Positions 1 to 9,307 of a DNA stretch of 64,000 nucleotides are shown piece by piece. A program made the position numbers and the translations under genes. The stretch's first letter is position 1. Each line of letters begins with the position of its first letter. The stretch covers positions 41,368 through 105,367 of the forward strand of contig JAPLHB010000170.1 of the NCBI GenBank assembly GCA_026389845.1, read 5' to 3'. The stretch is from Chloroflexota bacterium (GTDB lineage Bacteria; Chloroflexota; Anaerolineae; CG2-30-64-16). The notes beneath the pieces were generated by a model, which was not told the origin of the DNA, made no database searches, and saw nothing but the letters and a program-made list of their open reading frames with translations.

Positions 1-374
1 CCTGGACGCGGCGGCAGAGAAAAGTATTCTTCTCGGACACGAACCTGGTGATGCGGCTGTTCGATCTGTTGGGAACGTGGGCGGGGCGGCTGCGCATCCC
101 CTGGCTGGCGAGCAGCACGCCGCTGGAGCGCGCCGCGGCCTTCAACGCGGCGCTGCCCGAGGCTGGCGCGCCCGTAGATCGGCTGACCGGACGGTTCGTG
201 GCGCAGCAGTACGGCCGACAACAACCGAGCGGCGAGACGCTGACGGAGACAGCGACAGAGTGGGATGGGTTACAGCCGGTCCTGTGGCGGGGGTGGCTGC
301 GGTGGCTGGTGAAACAACGGCCGCGCATGCCGTGGGTGAAACGCGAGCCAACGAGAGACTTCCGCAGACTGTGA
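1..374 (+). CDS. 3' end of a gene that starts upstream of the window; DUF4129-like C-terminal tail
   Basis: The frame of ORF 48..374 stays open back to position 3. The peptide TPLERAAAFNAALPEAGAPVDRLTGRFVAQQYGR resembles the tail of DUF4129/transglutaminase-associated proteins. Confidence 0.4.
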   Translation, partial: WTRRQRKVFFSDTNLVMRLFDLLGTWAGRLRIPWLASSTPLERAAAFNAALPEAGAPVDRLTGRFVAQQYGRQQPSGETLTETATEWDGLQPVLWRGWLRWLVKQRPRMPWVKREPTRDFRRL

Positions 375-444
375 TGGAGCAGCAACCAGCAGAGGCGGCT
401 CCCATGCCGCCGGTTGCGGGCATGGGAGCCCGCGCTGCCATTAT

Positions 445-682
445 TCGCAGTACCACAAAATCCGCTTTGTCACCCTGAGCGAGCCGGTCCCGTGAAGTGC
501 GTTGCGGAGAGAATCCAGCGAAGGGTCTCGTCGTGGGATGAGAACTTGTCCCTTCGTTGCACTCAGGGCAGGCTCTGAACGCAGTGAAGGATTCTTCGCT
601 GGATTCTCGCCGTCGCGAAAGGTTAGGGGTAAACCCGCTCAGAATGACAGACGCCCAAAAGCGGATTTTGCGCCATTGCCAT
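445..682. repeat. MITE-like long-hairpin repeat element, copy 1
   Basis: Terminal inverted repeats are cacaaaatccgctttgtcaccctgagcg and cgctcagaatgac...aaagcggattttgcg. There is a perfect internal 15-bp inverted repeat, gagaatccagcgaag (509-523) / cttcgctggattctc (594-608). The same architecture recurs at 3150, 53278 and, degenerate, at 2915. Confidence 0.7.
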
Positions 683-702
683 TATTCGAATAGGTACGGT
701 AC

Positions 703-1404
703 TTACTGTCCTCGCAGCGCGTTCAACTCTTTCTTCGCGTACTCCATCGCGCTGGAATCCTGGCCGGGGCCGATGGCGAGGAACTTCTCGAACGCGGCGA
801 TCGCCTCCGTCTTCTGTCCCTTGAGCTTGTAAAGCACGCCCAGGCCGTAGTAGACTTCCGGCAGGTCAGGTTTGAGACTGCGCACTTTAGTCAGCAGCGT
901 CTCGGCGGCCGGCAAGTTTTCTTCTTGCAAGCGCACCACAGCCATCAGGTACAGGGTCTGCGGATCATCAGGTTCCAGCTTCAGAGCCGCCTCGAAGGCG
1001 GTCGCGGCCTGCCCAAGCTGTCCCATCTCGTAGTAGGCCACGCCCAGGTTAGCGTGCGCGGAGGCCAGGTTTGGGTCGAGCGCCAGGGCCGCCTTGTACG
1101 CCGTTTCGGCTTCCGTCAGCCGGCTGCTACGGACGTAGACGTTACCCAGCCCGAACTGCGCCTTGGCCGAACTGGCATCCAACGCCAGCGCGTCGCGATA
1201 CTCTCGCTCGGCGGTCGTCATGTCCCTCTTGTCCAGCGCGGTCTGCCCTGCGGCGAGATGGCTTTCCACATCGCCGCTGGATCGCGTGGCTGCCGCCTGC
1301 GGCGGCGCCGAGAGCGCGGACGGTGTGTTTGGGGCCACCGACCCGCAACCGGCCACCAGCAGCGCAACGACTAACAGGCTCATCCAGGCGAAGACACGTA
1401 ACAT
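703..1404 (-). CDS. TPR-repeat lipoprotein
   Basis: The N-terminus MLRVFAWMSLLVVALLVAGCGS has a lipobox (LVAGC). It is followed by several 34-aa TPR-like units (A..Y..AL.LDP). Confidence 0.8.
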   Translation of the reverse strand: MLRVFAWMSLLVVALLVAGCGSVAPNTPSALSAPPQAAATRSSGDVESHLAAGQTALDKRDMTTAEREYRDALALDASSAKAQFGLGNVYVRSSRLTEAETAYKAALALDPNLASAHANLGVAYYEMGQLGQAATAFEAALKLEPDDPQTLYLMAVVRLQEENLPAAETLLTKVRSLKPDLPEVYYGLGVLYKLKGQKTEAIAAFEKFLAIGPGQDSSAMEYAKKELNALRGQ

Positions 1405-1489
1405 GACTACCTCCTTCGACTTCACTCCGCACATAACGCTGCGTTCCGCTCAGGATGCCTCGTCACTATCGAGTATCCAGCTTCCAGCC

Positions 1490-2134
1490 CTACCCCTGCT
1501 TGCACTCCAACACCATCACCTGCGTTTCTTCGGGCAGATCGGAACGGGAAACGCGTAAGCTATCCTGCGGTGCGTGCTCGGTGACGCCCATCTCCTTGAG
1601 GAACTTGCTCAACGGGTCCAGCTTGAAGTTGAGGGCTGGTGTGGCGTAGTGCATCGGGATGACGATGCGGGGTTCGAGCAGGCTGATCACCTCGGCGGCC
1701 TTGTCGGCGTCCAGTGCGCTGCCGCCGCCCACCGGCACCATCAGCACGTCAACGCTCGGCAACGCTTCCACCTGCGCCTGAGTCAGCACTTTCGCGAGAT
1801 CGCCCAGGTGACAGGCGGTAATCGTCCCGAACTCGAAGACGAAGACGGTGTTCTCCTCTTTGGCTTCCCCTTGAGCGCCGGCCCCGCGCCAGGTCTGGAT
1901 GCCGCTGATGAACACCCCCTTGACTTCGTATTCGCCGGGCCGGGTCAGTACCTTCGGCTCACCCTTGACCGCGCTGGCGGCCGCGTGGCCGGGCGCGTCG
2001 TGGCTGATGGTGACGATGTCCGCCTTCATGCGAGGCAGCGAATAGCCAATGCTCTTGTCGTAGGGGTCGGTAATGATCGTCACGCCCCCTTCGCGCAGAC
2101 GGAAACAGGAATGGCCGAACCAGTCAATATCCAC
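1490..2134 (-). CDS. MBL-fold metal-dependent hydrolase (UPF0173-like)
   Basis: MDIDWFGHSCFRL...ITDPY...ADIVTISHDAPGH is the typical N-terminal pattern of this family. Confidence 0.85.
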   Translation of the reverse strand: MDIDWFGHSCFRLREGGVTIITDPYDKSIGYSLPRMKADIVTISHDAPGHAAASAVKGEPKVLTRPGEYEVKGVFISGIQTWRGAGAQGEAKEENTVFVFEFGTITACHLGDLAKVLTQAQVEALPSVDVLMVPVGGGSALDADKAAEVISLLEPRIVIPMHYATPALNFKLDPLSKFLKEMGVTEHAPQDSLRVSRSDLPEETQVMVLECKQG

Positions 2135-2244
2135 GGATGCTCTCCGATCGGGATTGATCCCAAATGCTCGGGCCGGTCTCCGACCGAGCCGAATAGATTC
2201 GCGCGATCTGTGCCGATTATACCCCGATCACCCCGTTAAAAGCA

Positions 2245-2271
2245 AAGACAGGGCCTCAGCGGCCCTGTCTT
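2245..2271 (-). terminator. Rho-independent terminator downstream of 2298..2690
   Basis: An 11-bp stem, aagacagggcc / ggccctgtctt, has a 5-nt loop. On the minus strand it is followed by tgctttt. Confidence 0.6.
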
Positions 2272-2297
2272 CCCGTCACCCCATCACCCATCACCCA

Positions 2298-2690
2298 TTA
2301 CATGGACAAAGATGCGCCACCACGCAACGTTGTCGCCAACCGCATCACCCGCCTACGCAGTGGATCGCTTTGGACCAGGCGATACAAAGGCCCCGTCACC
2401 AGCACTCGCTCCACTACTAAGTTCTTTGCAACCAACGATTCCAGCTTCTGCGCGACCACGTGTCTCGGCTCGTTCAGCACCACTGCCAGATGACCCGGTG
2501 TGACCCAACCCTCGTTATCAGCGAAAAAGATCAGCATCTCCCATTCACGCGAATCACGCGCATAACACTGCAGGAAGGCCACCAAACCATGGTCTACCTC
2601 GTCCTGCGCTGCGCCAACCATAATATCAGGTACGTAGCTCGATGCGCCCATACCGTGGCTGAGTATCATTGTGTGTTCCCCCGAAGTCAA
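2298..2690 (-). CDS. Hypothetical protein, possible winged-helix fold
   Basis: This is an intact 130-aa ORF. The C-terminal half, HVVAQKLESLVAKNLVVERVLVTGPLYRLV, looks like a wHTH recognition helix plus wing. No family was recognised. Confidence 0.45.
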   Translation of the reverse strand: MTSGEHTMILSHGMGASSYVPDIMVGAAQDEVDHGLVAFLQCYARDSREWEMLIFFADNEGWVTPGHLAVVLNEPRHVVAQKLESLVAKNLVVERVLVTGPLYRLVQSDPLRRRVMRLATTLRGGASLSM

Positions 2691-2914
2691 TGTGTTCTGG
2701 CTGTGAGACCCTTACCTCACAGCTTCTAGGCTACCATATGTCAAGATCGTTATCAATGGTACTTTGTGCCCACATCCAAGAAACTGAAAGACGACCCGGT
2801 AGTCCATTTCCGCACGAATTTTGACGCCCAGAAACACGAAAAGTAACGACAAAATCTCGACAGGTTACTCCTGCTACGGAAAACGTCTAAGTTCCAAATG
2901 TAACCGCAAGCGTA

Positions 2915-3095
2915 GGCATCCCTTCACTGCGTTCAGGGCAAGCTCTGAGCGGAGTCCCGGCTGTCTTTGGGCCGGAACGTAGTCGAAGGATGCCGAAGCG
3001 GTCACATCGGGACCGCATTCCTTCGGCTGCGCTCAGGACAGGCTCTTCGACTGCGCAGCGAAAAACCGCTGCCCCGCTCAGGATGCTCCGTCACA
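2915..3095. repeat. Degenerate or partial copy of the MITE-like element family
   Basis: It contains the 24-nt core units ccttcactgcgttcagggcaagc and ccttcggctgcgctcaggacaggc, and the cgctcaggatg end motif. Confidence 0.5.
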
Positions 3096-3149
3096 TTTTG
3101 ATTTGCTGCGGCATACCTGTTCCGGTAGACAATCTGATCATGTTTGTGT

Positions 3150-3442
3150 ATAATCGCAGTACTGCAAAACTCGCTTTTGTCACCCCTTCGTTGCACTCAG
3201 GGCCTGTCCTGAACGCAGTGAAGGAGCAAGCTCTGAGCGGGTCGGCCCCCGTGAAGTGCGTCGCGGCGAGAATCCAGCGAAGAGCCTGCCCTGAGCGCAG
3301 TCGAAGGGGTCTCGTCTCGGCAAGGAGAACTTGTCCTGAGCGCAGCGAACGGATTCTTCGCTGGTGTCACGCCGTAGCAAAAGTTCAGGGACGAACCCGC
3401 TTAGAATGACAGGCAACTGGTAGCGAGTTTTGCGCTATTGCG
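3150..3442. repeat. MITE-like long-hairpin repeat element, copy 3
   Basis: The termini are gcagtactgcaaaactcgcttttgtcacc and acccgcttagaatgacag...agcgagttttgcgctattgcg. The internal core units match those of copy 1. Confidence 0.7.
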
Positions 3443-3509
3443 AAGAATCCACCAAGATGAAGTTATCTATTACGGAACCAGCCGACCTTGGCACCCTCGG
3501 AGGAACCCG

Positions 3510-6500
3510 ATGGCTCGACCGTTGAACGATTCTCCGTACCTTTTCGGCCTGCACGACTCTGGGGGCGAATCAGTCATGGCCCAACAGGGTCTCTTCGGCT
3601 GGATCCTCTTCACCGAAGAATTAGGCCGCGACCCCAACGACACGCGCGGCGGGGATTACAGCCGGTGGGCCGATCAGGGCTTCGGCATCCTGGTCCGCCT
3701 CAACCACGGCTACGAGCCGGGCGGGACGCTTCCCCGCTCCAGCTTTTACGCCGACTTCGCGAAGCGCTGCGCGAATTTCGTGCGCGCCTCACGCGGCTGT
3801 CACCTCTGGATCATCGGCAACGAGATGAACTACGCGGTCGAACGGCCCGGCGTGCGGATTGACTGGAACCAGAACCCGCCCGCGCTGCTGGATCCCGGCG
3901 AGGCGATCCTGCCCGGCATGTACGCCAACTGCTATCGCCAGTGCCGGGATGCTATCAAGGCGCTGCCCGGCCACGAGTCCGACCAGGTGATCGTCGGCGC
4001 GCCGGCCCCCTGGAACGAGCAGACCAAGTACGACGGCAATCCCACCGGCGACTGGGCGAAATACCTGACCGACACGCTCACCATCCTGGGGCCGAAAGGC
4101 TGCGATGGGGTCGCGATCCATGCCTATACCCACGGCGCCGACCCCAAGCTGATCTACACCGACGCGACTATGAACACGCCGTTCCAGAGCCGGCAGTACA
4201 ACTTCCGCGCCTATCAGGACTTCATGCTCGCCGTGCCGCTGGCTATGCGCTCGCTGCCAGTCTACCTGACCGAAACCGACCAGAACGACACGTGGCGCGA
4301 CGAAAACACGGGCTGGGTGCAGCGCGCCTACGGCGAGATTGACTGGTGGAACCGGCAGCAGGGGAACCAGAAGATCCGGGCGGTCATCCTCTATCGCTGG
4401 CCCCGCGGGCTGGACAAATGGGGCATCGAGGGGAAGAGCGGCGTCATCGAGGACTTCAAGCAGGCCATGCGCTACAAGTACCAGTGGGAAGACGTCGCCA
4501 CCGATACGACGCAGCCGACGCAACCCACGCAACCGACGCAGCCAACCCAACCGACGCAACCGGTCGTGGACACCAGCCCGATCACCTTCAGCCAAACCGG
4601 CCGGACGACCAGCGGCGCGTTCGCGGCGTTTTACCGGCGCTACGGGCTGGACATCACCGGCTACCCGATGACGGAGATCTACGTCAACTCGGACAGCGGC
4701 CTCAAGACACAGGATTGGCAACGCCTGGTGATGGAGGAATTCCCCACCGGCACAGTCCGCCTGCGGCTGGCCGGCGATGAGCTTACCAAAGTACGCGCCC
4801 GAGTGGACCAACTCCAGAAGCAGGTCGCCCAGTTGATGACCAACGCGAGCAGCCCCACTGGCGCCGGCGGCCCGGCGGAACCAACCATCAGCGACATCAC
4901 CAGTCAACTCCCGCGCAAACCCGAAGGCTTCGTCAAGCGCCAGGTGGCCGACATCCAGTTCATCGTCGTCAACCACAGCGGGGTGCGCCCCGAAGTCGGC
5001 GCCGACCGGGTGGCCCAGGCCCAACTCGCCCGCTTCCCAGGGATCGTGGGGCAATATTTCATCACCGGGAACGGCCAAATTCAGCAGACCAACCCCATTG
5101 ACGAGGTCGTCGCCCGCGACCAGGCGTGGATCTACAACGGCATCAACATCTATGTGGCGGGCAACTTCGACACGGTCATCCCCAGCGATGCCCAACTGGA
5201 TGCCCTGGCCCAACTCTGCGCCTGGCTGCTGTGGCAGTACAAACTGCCGCAAGACGCCATCCGCGGGGTCAGCGAGTTCATCGTCACCCACTCCCCCGGC
5301 CTGCAGTGGCTGAACAGCCCGCGCTGGAAGGATCTGCTGCTGGAGCGAGTGGCCGCGGTGCCGGTGCTGCCAGCGCCCCAAGCCGGCGAGGACGTCACCG
5401 CCCTCCGCAGCCAGATCAACGCGCTCCAGGCTCAGTTGAAGGACCTCCAGACCCAGGCCGATGCCTTGCAGGCACGTAACGCCACCTTGCAGACGCAGCT
5501 CGAGGCCGCGCTTAAGAACAGCAGTAGCAGCACGGTGGCGAAGCCGACCATTACCGACATCACCGTGCAACTGCCGCGCAATCCGGACAGCCTGAAGCCG
5601 CGGCCCGACGGCCAGGTCAAATACCTGGTATTCAACCACACGGCGGTGGATCCGAGCGTCGGCGTCGAACGTATCGCGGCAGCGCACCAAAAGCGCTGGG
5701 GCGCGATCCTCTACCAGTACTTCATCTCCCCCGACGGCACGATCCTACAAACCAACGCGCTCGACCAGGTGGTGGATCTGAGCCAGCCGTGGATCGCCCA
5801 GGGGATCAACATCGCCCTGGCCGGCAACTTCACCGCCGAAATCCCGAACGACAAACAGCTCACCGCCGCGGCCCAACTCAGCGCATGGCTGATGCAGACC
5901 TACAATCTTCCGATCGAGGCTGTCCAGGGGGTCGCCGAGTTCATCAACAGCCAGTCGCCGGGGCAGCAATGGCTGGAAGGGCGCAAGTACAAGGAGTTGT
6001 TGCTGGCGCGCATCAACGCGCTGGTGAAGACTGCGACGCCGGCCCCACTCCCCGGCCTCGGCGACAGCGCGGTCGTGGCGACGCTGCGCGCCCAACTCGC
6101 CCAGCTTCAAACGGCGCTGACCCAGGCACAGGGCAATCTGACGGCGCTAACCCAGGAGCGCGATCGGCTGAAGGCGCAGATCGGCCAGCCGTCGGCGACC
6201 GAGGCTCAGCTCAACCAGCAGGTGCAAACCCTGACGAAACAGGCGCAGACGTTGAACAACGACAAGGCCGCGCTCAGCCAGCAGGTGCAGGCGTTGACCA
6301 GCGACAAGGCCACGCTCAGCCAGCAGGTGCAGGCGTTGAGCAACGACAAGGCCGCGTTCAGCCAGCAGGTGCTGGCGTTGACCAGCGACAAGTCGTCGCT
6401 GGCGCAGCAACTCACGGCCGCCGCCCAGGAACGGACGACCCTCAGCACGCGGATCACTGACCTGCTCCAGCAGGTCAAGGTGCTGCAAAGCGGCATCGGG

Positions 6501-7370
6501 TCTGTGACCCCAGCCGGCCCGACGGTGATCTCACCGCCGCCTATCCAGGACATCACCGATCAACTGGTGAAGCACCCGACGTTGAAGTATGCGACGCGCA
6601 CGCTAGATAAAATCACCCACGTCACGATCCACCACAGCGCCGCGCCGGCCAACGTCACCCCCGACCGGGTGGCCGCCTACCACGTCAACACCGTCGGCTG
6701 GCCGGGCATCGGCTACCACTTCTACGTCGAGCCGGATGGCGCCATCTTCCAGGTCAACAAGCTGGAAACGATCTCGTATCATGCGGGAAACAGCAACTCG
6801 TACTCCATCGGCGTGTGCGTCTCCGGCACCTTCAGCGGCGGCGTCGTGCCCACCCCGCTCCAAATCGAGCAGGCCGGCCACCTGGCCGCCTGGCTGACGC
6901 AAAAGCTGAACCTGAAGCTGGAGAACGTCATGGGGCACAAGGAGTTTCCCGAAAACGTCACCGAGTGCCCCGGCGATGATTGGCTGGCCGGCAAGCAGTG
7001 GAAGCAGCTACTGGTGGGGCGCGTAAAAGACGTGTTGGCAGGCCGCACGACGTCCGCGACGAAGACCATCGGCCACTACATGCTCTTCTGGCAGCGCCAG
7101 GACGACTGGGCGAAGGAAGACTGGGCCGCGGCCGCCAACTACTTCGCCCGCTTCCGGCCCACCGCCGGCTTCTCGGCCGATGACGCTTGCAACGCGGAAT
7201 ATGTCACCATCGTCGGCGGCACGGCCGGCGTATCCGCGGAGGCCGAGCAAGCCCTGGTCGCGGCCAACTGCAAGGTCGAGCGACTGGCCGGCGTGGACTT
7301 CACCGACACCAAGCGGATGCTGGACACACTCGCCCAGAGCGGCCGACGGTTCAAGACGTTCAATGTCTGA
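3510..7370 (+). CDS. Multidomain cell-wall hydrolase: N-terminal TIM-barrel glycoside-hydrolase-like domain, TQP linker, three amidase_2 (PGRP/N-acetylmuramoyl-L-alanine amidase) domains separated by coiled coils, C-terminal domain of unknown function
   Basis: The ATG at 3510 is preceded by GGAGG (3500-3504). The GH-A-like motifs are WIIGNEMNY and VYLTETDQ. The third amidase domain has the canonical IHHSA...GYHFYV...GHKEF...TECPG pattern. The first two domains are degenerate. Confidence 0.85.
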   Translation: MARPLNDSPYLFGLHDSGGESVMAQQGLFGWILFTEELGRDPNDTRGGDYSRWADQGFGILVRLNHGYEPGGTLPRSSFYADFAKRCANFVRASRGCHLWIIGNEMNYAVERPGVRIDWNQNPPALLDPGEAILPGMYANCYRQCRDAIKALPGHESDQVIVGAPAPWNEQTKYDGNPTGDWAKYLTDTLTILGPKGCDGVAIHAYTHGADPKLIYTDATMNTPFQSRQYNFRAYQDFMLAVPLAMRSLPVYLTETDQNDTWRDENTGWVQRAYGEIDWWNRQQGNQKIRAVILYRWPRGLDKWGIEGKSGVIEDFKQAMRYKYQWEDVATDTTQPTQPTQPTQPTQPTQPVVDTSPITFSQTGRTTSGAFAAFYRRYGLDITGYPMTEIYVNSDSGLKTQDWQRLVMEEFPTGTVRLRLAGDELTKVRARVDQLQKQVAQLMTNASSPTGAGGPAEPTISDITSQLPRKPEGFVKRQVADIQFIVVNHSGVRPEVGADRVAQAQLARFPGIVGQYFITGNGQIQQTNPIDEVVARDQAWIYNGINIYVAGNFDTVIPSDAQLDALAQLCAWLLWQYKLPQDAIRGVSEFIVTHSPGLQWLNSPRWKDLLLERVAAVPVLPAPQAGEDVTALRSQINALQAQLKDLQTQADALQARNATLQTQLEAALKNSSSSTVAKPTITDITVQLPRNPDSLKPRPDGQVKYLVFNHTAVDPSVGVERIAAAHQKRWGAILYQYFISPDGTILQTNALDQVVDLSQPWIAQGINIALAGNFTAEIPNDKQLTAAAQLSAWLMQTYNLPIEAVQGVAEFINSQSPGQQWLEGRKYKELLLARINALVKTATPAPLPGLGDSAVVATLRAQLAQLQTALTQAQGNLTALTQERDRLKAQIGQPSATEAQLNQQVQTLTKQAQTLNNDKAALSQQVQALTSDKATLSQQVQALSNDKAAFSQQVLALTSDKSSLAQQLTAAAQERTTLSTRITDLLQQVKVLQSGIGSVTPAGPTVISPPPIQDITDQLVKHPTLKYATRTLDKITHVTIHHSAAPANVTPDRVAAYHVNTVGWPGIGYHFYVEPDGAIFQVNKLETISYHAGNSNSYSIGVCVSGTFSGGVVPTPLQIEQAGHLAAWLTQKLNLKLENVMGHKEFPENVTECPGDDWLAGKQWKQLLVGRVKDVLAGRTTSATKTIGHYMLFWQRQDDWAKEDWAAAANYFARFRPTAGFSADDACNAEYVTIVGGTAGVSAEAEQALVAANCKVERLAGVDFTDTKRMLDTLAQSGRRFKTFNV
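4509..4562 (+). repeat. 9-bp x 6 tandem repeat encoding a (TQP)6 linker
   Basis: The sequence reads acgcagccg acgcaaccc acgcaaccg acgcagcca acccaaccg acgcaaccg. Confidence 0.9.
6246..6398 (+). repeat. 42-bp tandem repeat (3 full units plus 1 partial) encoding 14-aa coiled-coil units
   Basis: The encoded units are LSQQVQALTSDKAT / LSQQVQALSNDKAA / FSQQVLALTSDKSS. The nucleotide units span 6273-6314, 6315-6356 and 6357-6398. Confidence 0.85.
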
Positions 7371-8115
7371 GGCGCCATACCAGGTCTCTCTCCCCGTCTT
7401 CGAAGGCCCGCTCGATCTGCTGCTGCAACTGATCGAGCGGGAAAAGCTCGACATCAGCACGGTCTCGCTGGCGCAAGTGGCCGATCAGTTCCTGGCCCAC
7501 GTCCGCGAGTTGGCGCAAGTGGGGGGCGACACCCTGGCCGACTTCCTGGTAGTCGCGGCGCGGCTGGTGTGGATCAAATCGCGCCTGCTGTTACCCCAAC
7601 CAGCCGCCGCCGCGGAGGAGTTGGAAGAAGACCCCGCCGAGACGTTAGCCCGGCAACTCCGCGAGTACAAACGCTTCAAGGAAGCCGCCGTGGCCCTGCG
7701 CGCCATTGAGGAGACCGGTTACCACACCTACGCGCGAGTGGCGCCGCCGCCCGAACTGGAGCGCCGCCTGGCCGACAGCGACGTCACCCTGGCCGATCTG
7801 CTGGCCGCGGCCGGCCGGGCGTTCGGCAGCCTGCCCCCCCCGCCGCCGGTTCCCCTCGGCGTGGTCGTCCCCTTCACGCTCACCATTAACGACCAGGTCC
7901 GCCTCATCCGCCGCGCCACGGCCGACGGCGCCACAGTCACGTTTCGGGCGCTGTTGAGCCAGGCGCGTCATCGGCTGGAGATCATCGTTACCCTGCTGGC
8001 CGTGCTCGAGCTTATCAAGCGCGACAAGCTACACGTCACTCAGGCCGACCTGTTCGGCGAGATCATTCTTGCAGGGGTGGATGGCACGGAGATCGAAGAA
8101 GAGGAGGAGATATGA
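7363..8115 (+). CDS. scpA: Segregation and condensation protein A
   Basis: MSEAPYQVSLPVFEGPLDLLLQLIEREKLDISTVSLAQVADQFL is the ScpA N-terminal signature. The ATG at 7363 overlaps the upstream stop as ATGTCTGA. Confidence 0.85.
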   Translation: MSEAPYQVSLPVFEGPLDLLLQLIEREKLDISTVSLAQVADQFLAHVRELAQVGGDTLADFLVVAARLVWIKSRLLLPQPAAAAEELEEDPAETLARQLREYKRFKEAAVALRAIEETGYHTYARVAPPPELERRLADSDVTLADLLAAAGRAFGSLPPPPPVPLGVVVPFTLTINDQVRLIRRATADGATVTFRALLSQARHRLEIIVTLLAVLELIKRDKLHVTQADLFGEIILAGVDGTEIEEEEEI

Positions 8116-9251
8116 TTCCATTTGCCCAATCCCTCATCCGCTGCCCCAGCCCGGCGGGGGAAGAAGGCGCGGTCGTCGAGTTGATTCTGGCCGAGATGCG
8201 CGGACTGGGCTTTGATCGCGCCTGGCGCGATGAAAACGGGAGCGCAGTCGGCGTGATCGAGGGCGCGCGGCCCGGCCCGACGCTGTTGCTCGACGGCCAT
8301 TGCGACACGGTGGGCATCGCGCCCGGCGTGCCGTGGACGCGCGACCCGTTCGGCGGGGGGATCGCGGCCGGCGCGCTCTACGGCCGCGGCGCCGCCGATA
8401 TGAAAGGCGCGCTGGCGGCGATGATCTATGCGGCGGGGAGCGTTGATCGGGCGAGACTGGCCGGGCGCGTGGCGGTCAGCGCGACGGTGATGGAGGAAAA
8501 CCTGGAAGGCGCGGCCTTGAAGACGGTCATGGCTGCCGTCCACCCCGCCTGCGTAGTCATCGGCGAAGCGACCGACCTGTGTCTGAACCGCGGCGGCCGC
8601 GGCCGGGCTGAGATCCATCTGGAGACTATCGGCCGGCCGGCACACTCCTCCACCCCGCACCTGGGCCGCAATGCCGTCCTCGACATGCTGAAGGTCATCC
8701 AGGCAGTCGAGCGGCTGCCGATGCGGAGCGATTCGCTGCTCGGCCCGACCCTCCTGGCGCTCACCGACATCATCTCCGACCCCTACCCCGCCTACTCGGT
8801 GCTCCCCAGCCGGTGCCGCGTCACCTACGACCGGCGCCTGCTGCCCGGCGAAACCGCTGATGGCGTCCTGGGAGACCTCCAGAGTCTGGCGGACCTCGAA
8901 GGTCTCGGCATTGCCTTGGCCGCGACCATCGCCCAGGGCGAGCACCGCACCTACACCGGCGCGACCTTGCGCGGGCTGAAGTTCCTGCCGGCGTGGATCC
9001 TCGATGAGGGGCACCCGTTCATGCAGATGGCCTTGCGCGGCCTGCATTCGGCGGGCCTCGCACCCCAGTTCGGCGCGTATCGTTTCTGCACCAACGCGGC
9101 CTACAGCGCCGGCATCGCGGGCGTGCCCACCGTCGGCTTCGGACCAGGACGCGAGGAAGACGCGCACGTGGTAGATGAGCAAGTGGAAGTTGCCGCGCTG
9201 CTAGCTGCCGAGCGCGGTTATCGGGGGATCATCGGGGCGGTGTTGAGATAA
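8112..9251 (+). CDS. M20-family metallohydrolase (YgeY/ArgE/DapE-like)
   Basis: The motifs LLDGHCDTV and YGRGAADMKGALAAM are the M20 metal-binding signatures. The start overlaps the scpA stop as ATGA. Confidence 0.8.
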   Translation: MIPFAQSLIRCPSPAGEEGAVVELILAEMRGLGFDRAWRDENGSAVGVIEGARPGPTLLLDGHCDTVGIAPGVPWTRDPFGGGIAAGALYGRGAADMKGALAAMIYAAGSVDRARLAGRVAVSATVMEENLEGAALKTVMAAVHPACVVIGEATDLCLNRGGRGRAEIHLETIGRPAHSSTPHLGRNAVLDMLKVIQAVERLPMRSDSLLGPTLLALTDIISDPYPAYSVLPSRCRVTYDRRLLPGETADGVLGDLQSLADLEGLGIALAATIAQGEHRTYTGATLRGLKFLPAWILDEGHPFMQMALRGLHSAGLAPQFGAYRFCTNAAYSAGIAGVPTVGFGPGREEDAHVVDEQVEVAALLAAERGYRGIIGAVLR

Positions 9252-9284
9252 AGAAACCAGGTTTCTGGCAGAAACCTGGTTTCT
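9252..9284. terminator. Bidirectional hairpin terminator between convergent genes
   Basis: A perfect 15-bp stem, agaaaccaggtttct / agaaacctggtttct, has the loop ggc and is followed by ttgctattt. Confidence 0.75.
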
Positions 9285-9307
9285 TTGCTATTTGGCGGAT
9301 CTTACGT

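Noticed and set aside
502-693. Small ORFs inside the repeat elements: 502..693, 557..832, 2990..3409, 3180..3416, 53264..53485.
   Set aside because: They are translations of the MITE-like hairpin elements (SLRSGQALNAVKD-type peptides). The same peptides arise on both strands and in several copies, so they are not genes.
3789-5690. A 633-aa minus-strand ORF. Similar long antisense ORFs include 8040..9182, 50525..51781, 51824..52567, 52571..53281, 56469..57584, 58760..59527, 59583..60431 and 59879..60706.
   Set aside because: These are shadow ORFs opposite well-supported genes. Their composition is Arg/Gly/Ala/Pro-rich with no recognisable motifs, which is typical of stop-codon-poor antisense frames in high-G+C DNA.
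7180-7362. A longer scpA start (ORF 7180..8115).
   Set aside because: The first 61 codons lie inside the hydrolase gene in another frame and are Pro/Ser/Arg-rich. The conserved ScpA N-terminus begins at the ATG at 7363.
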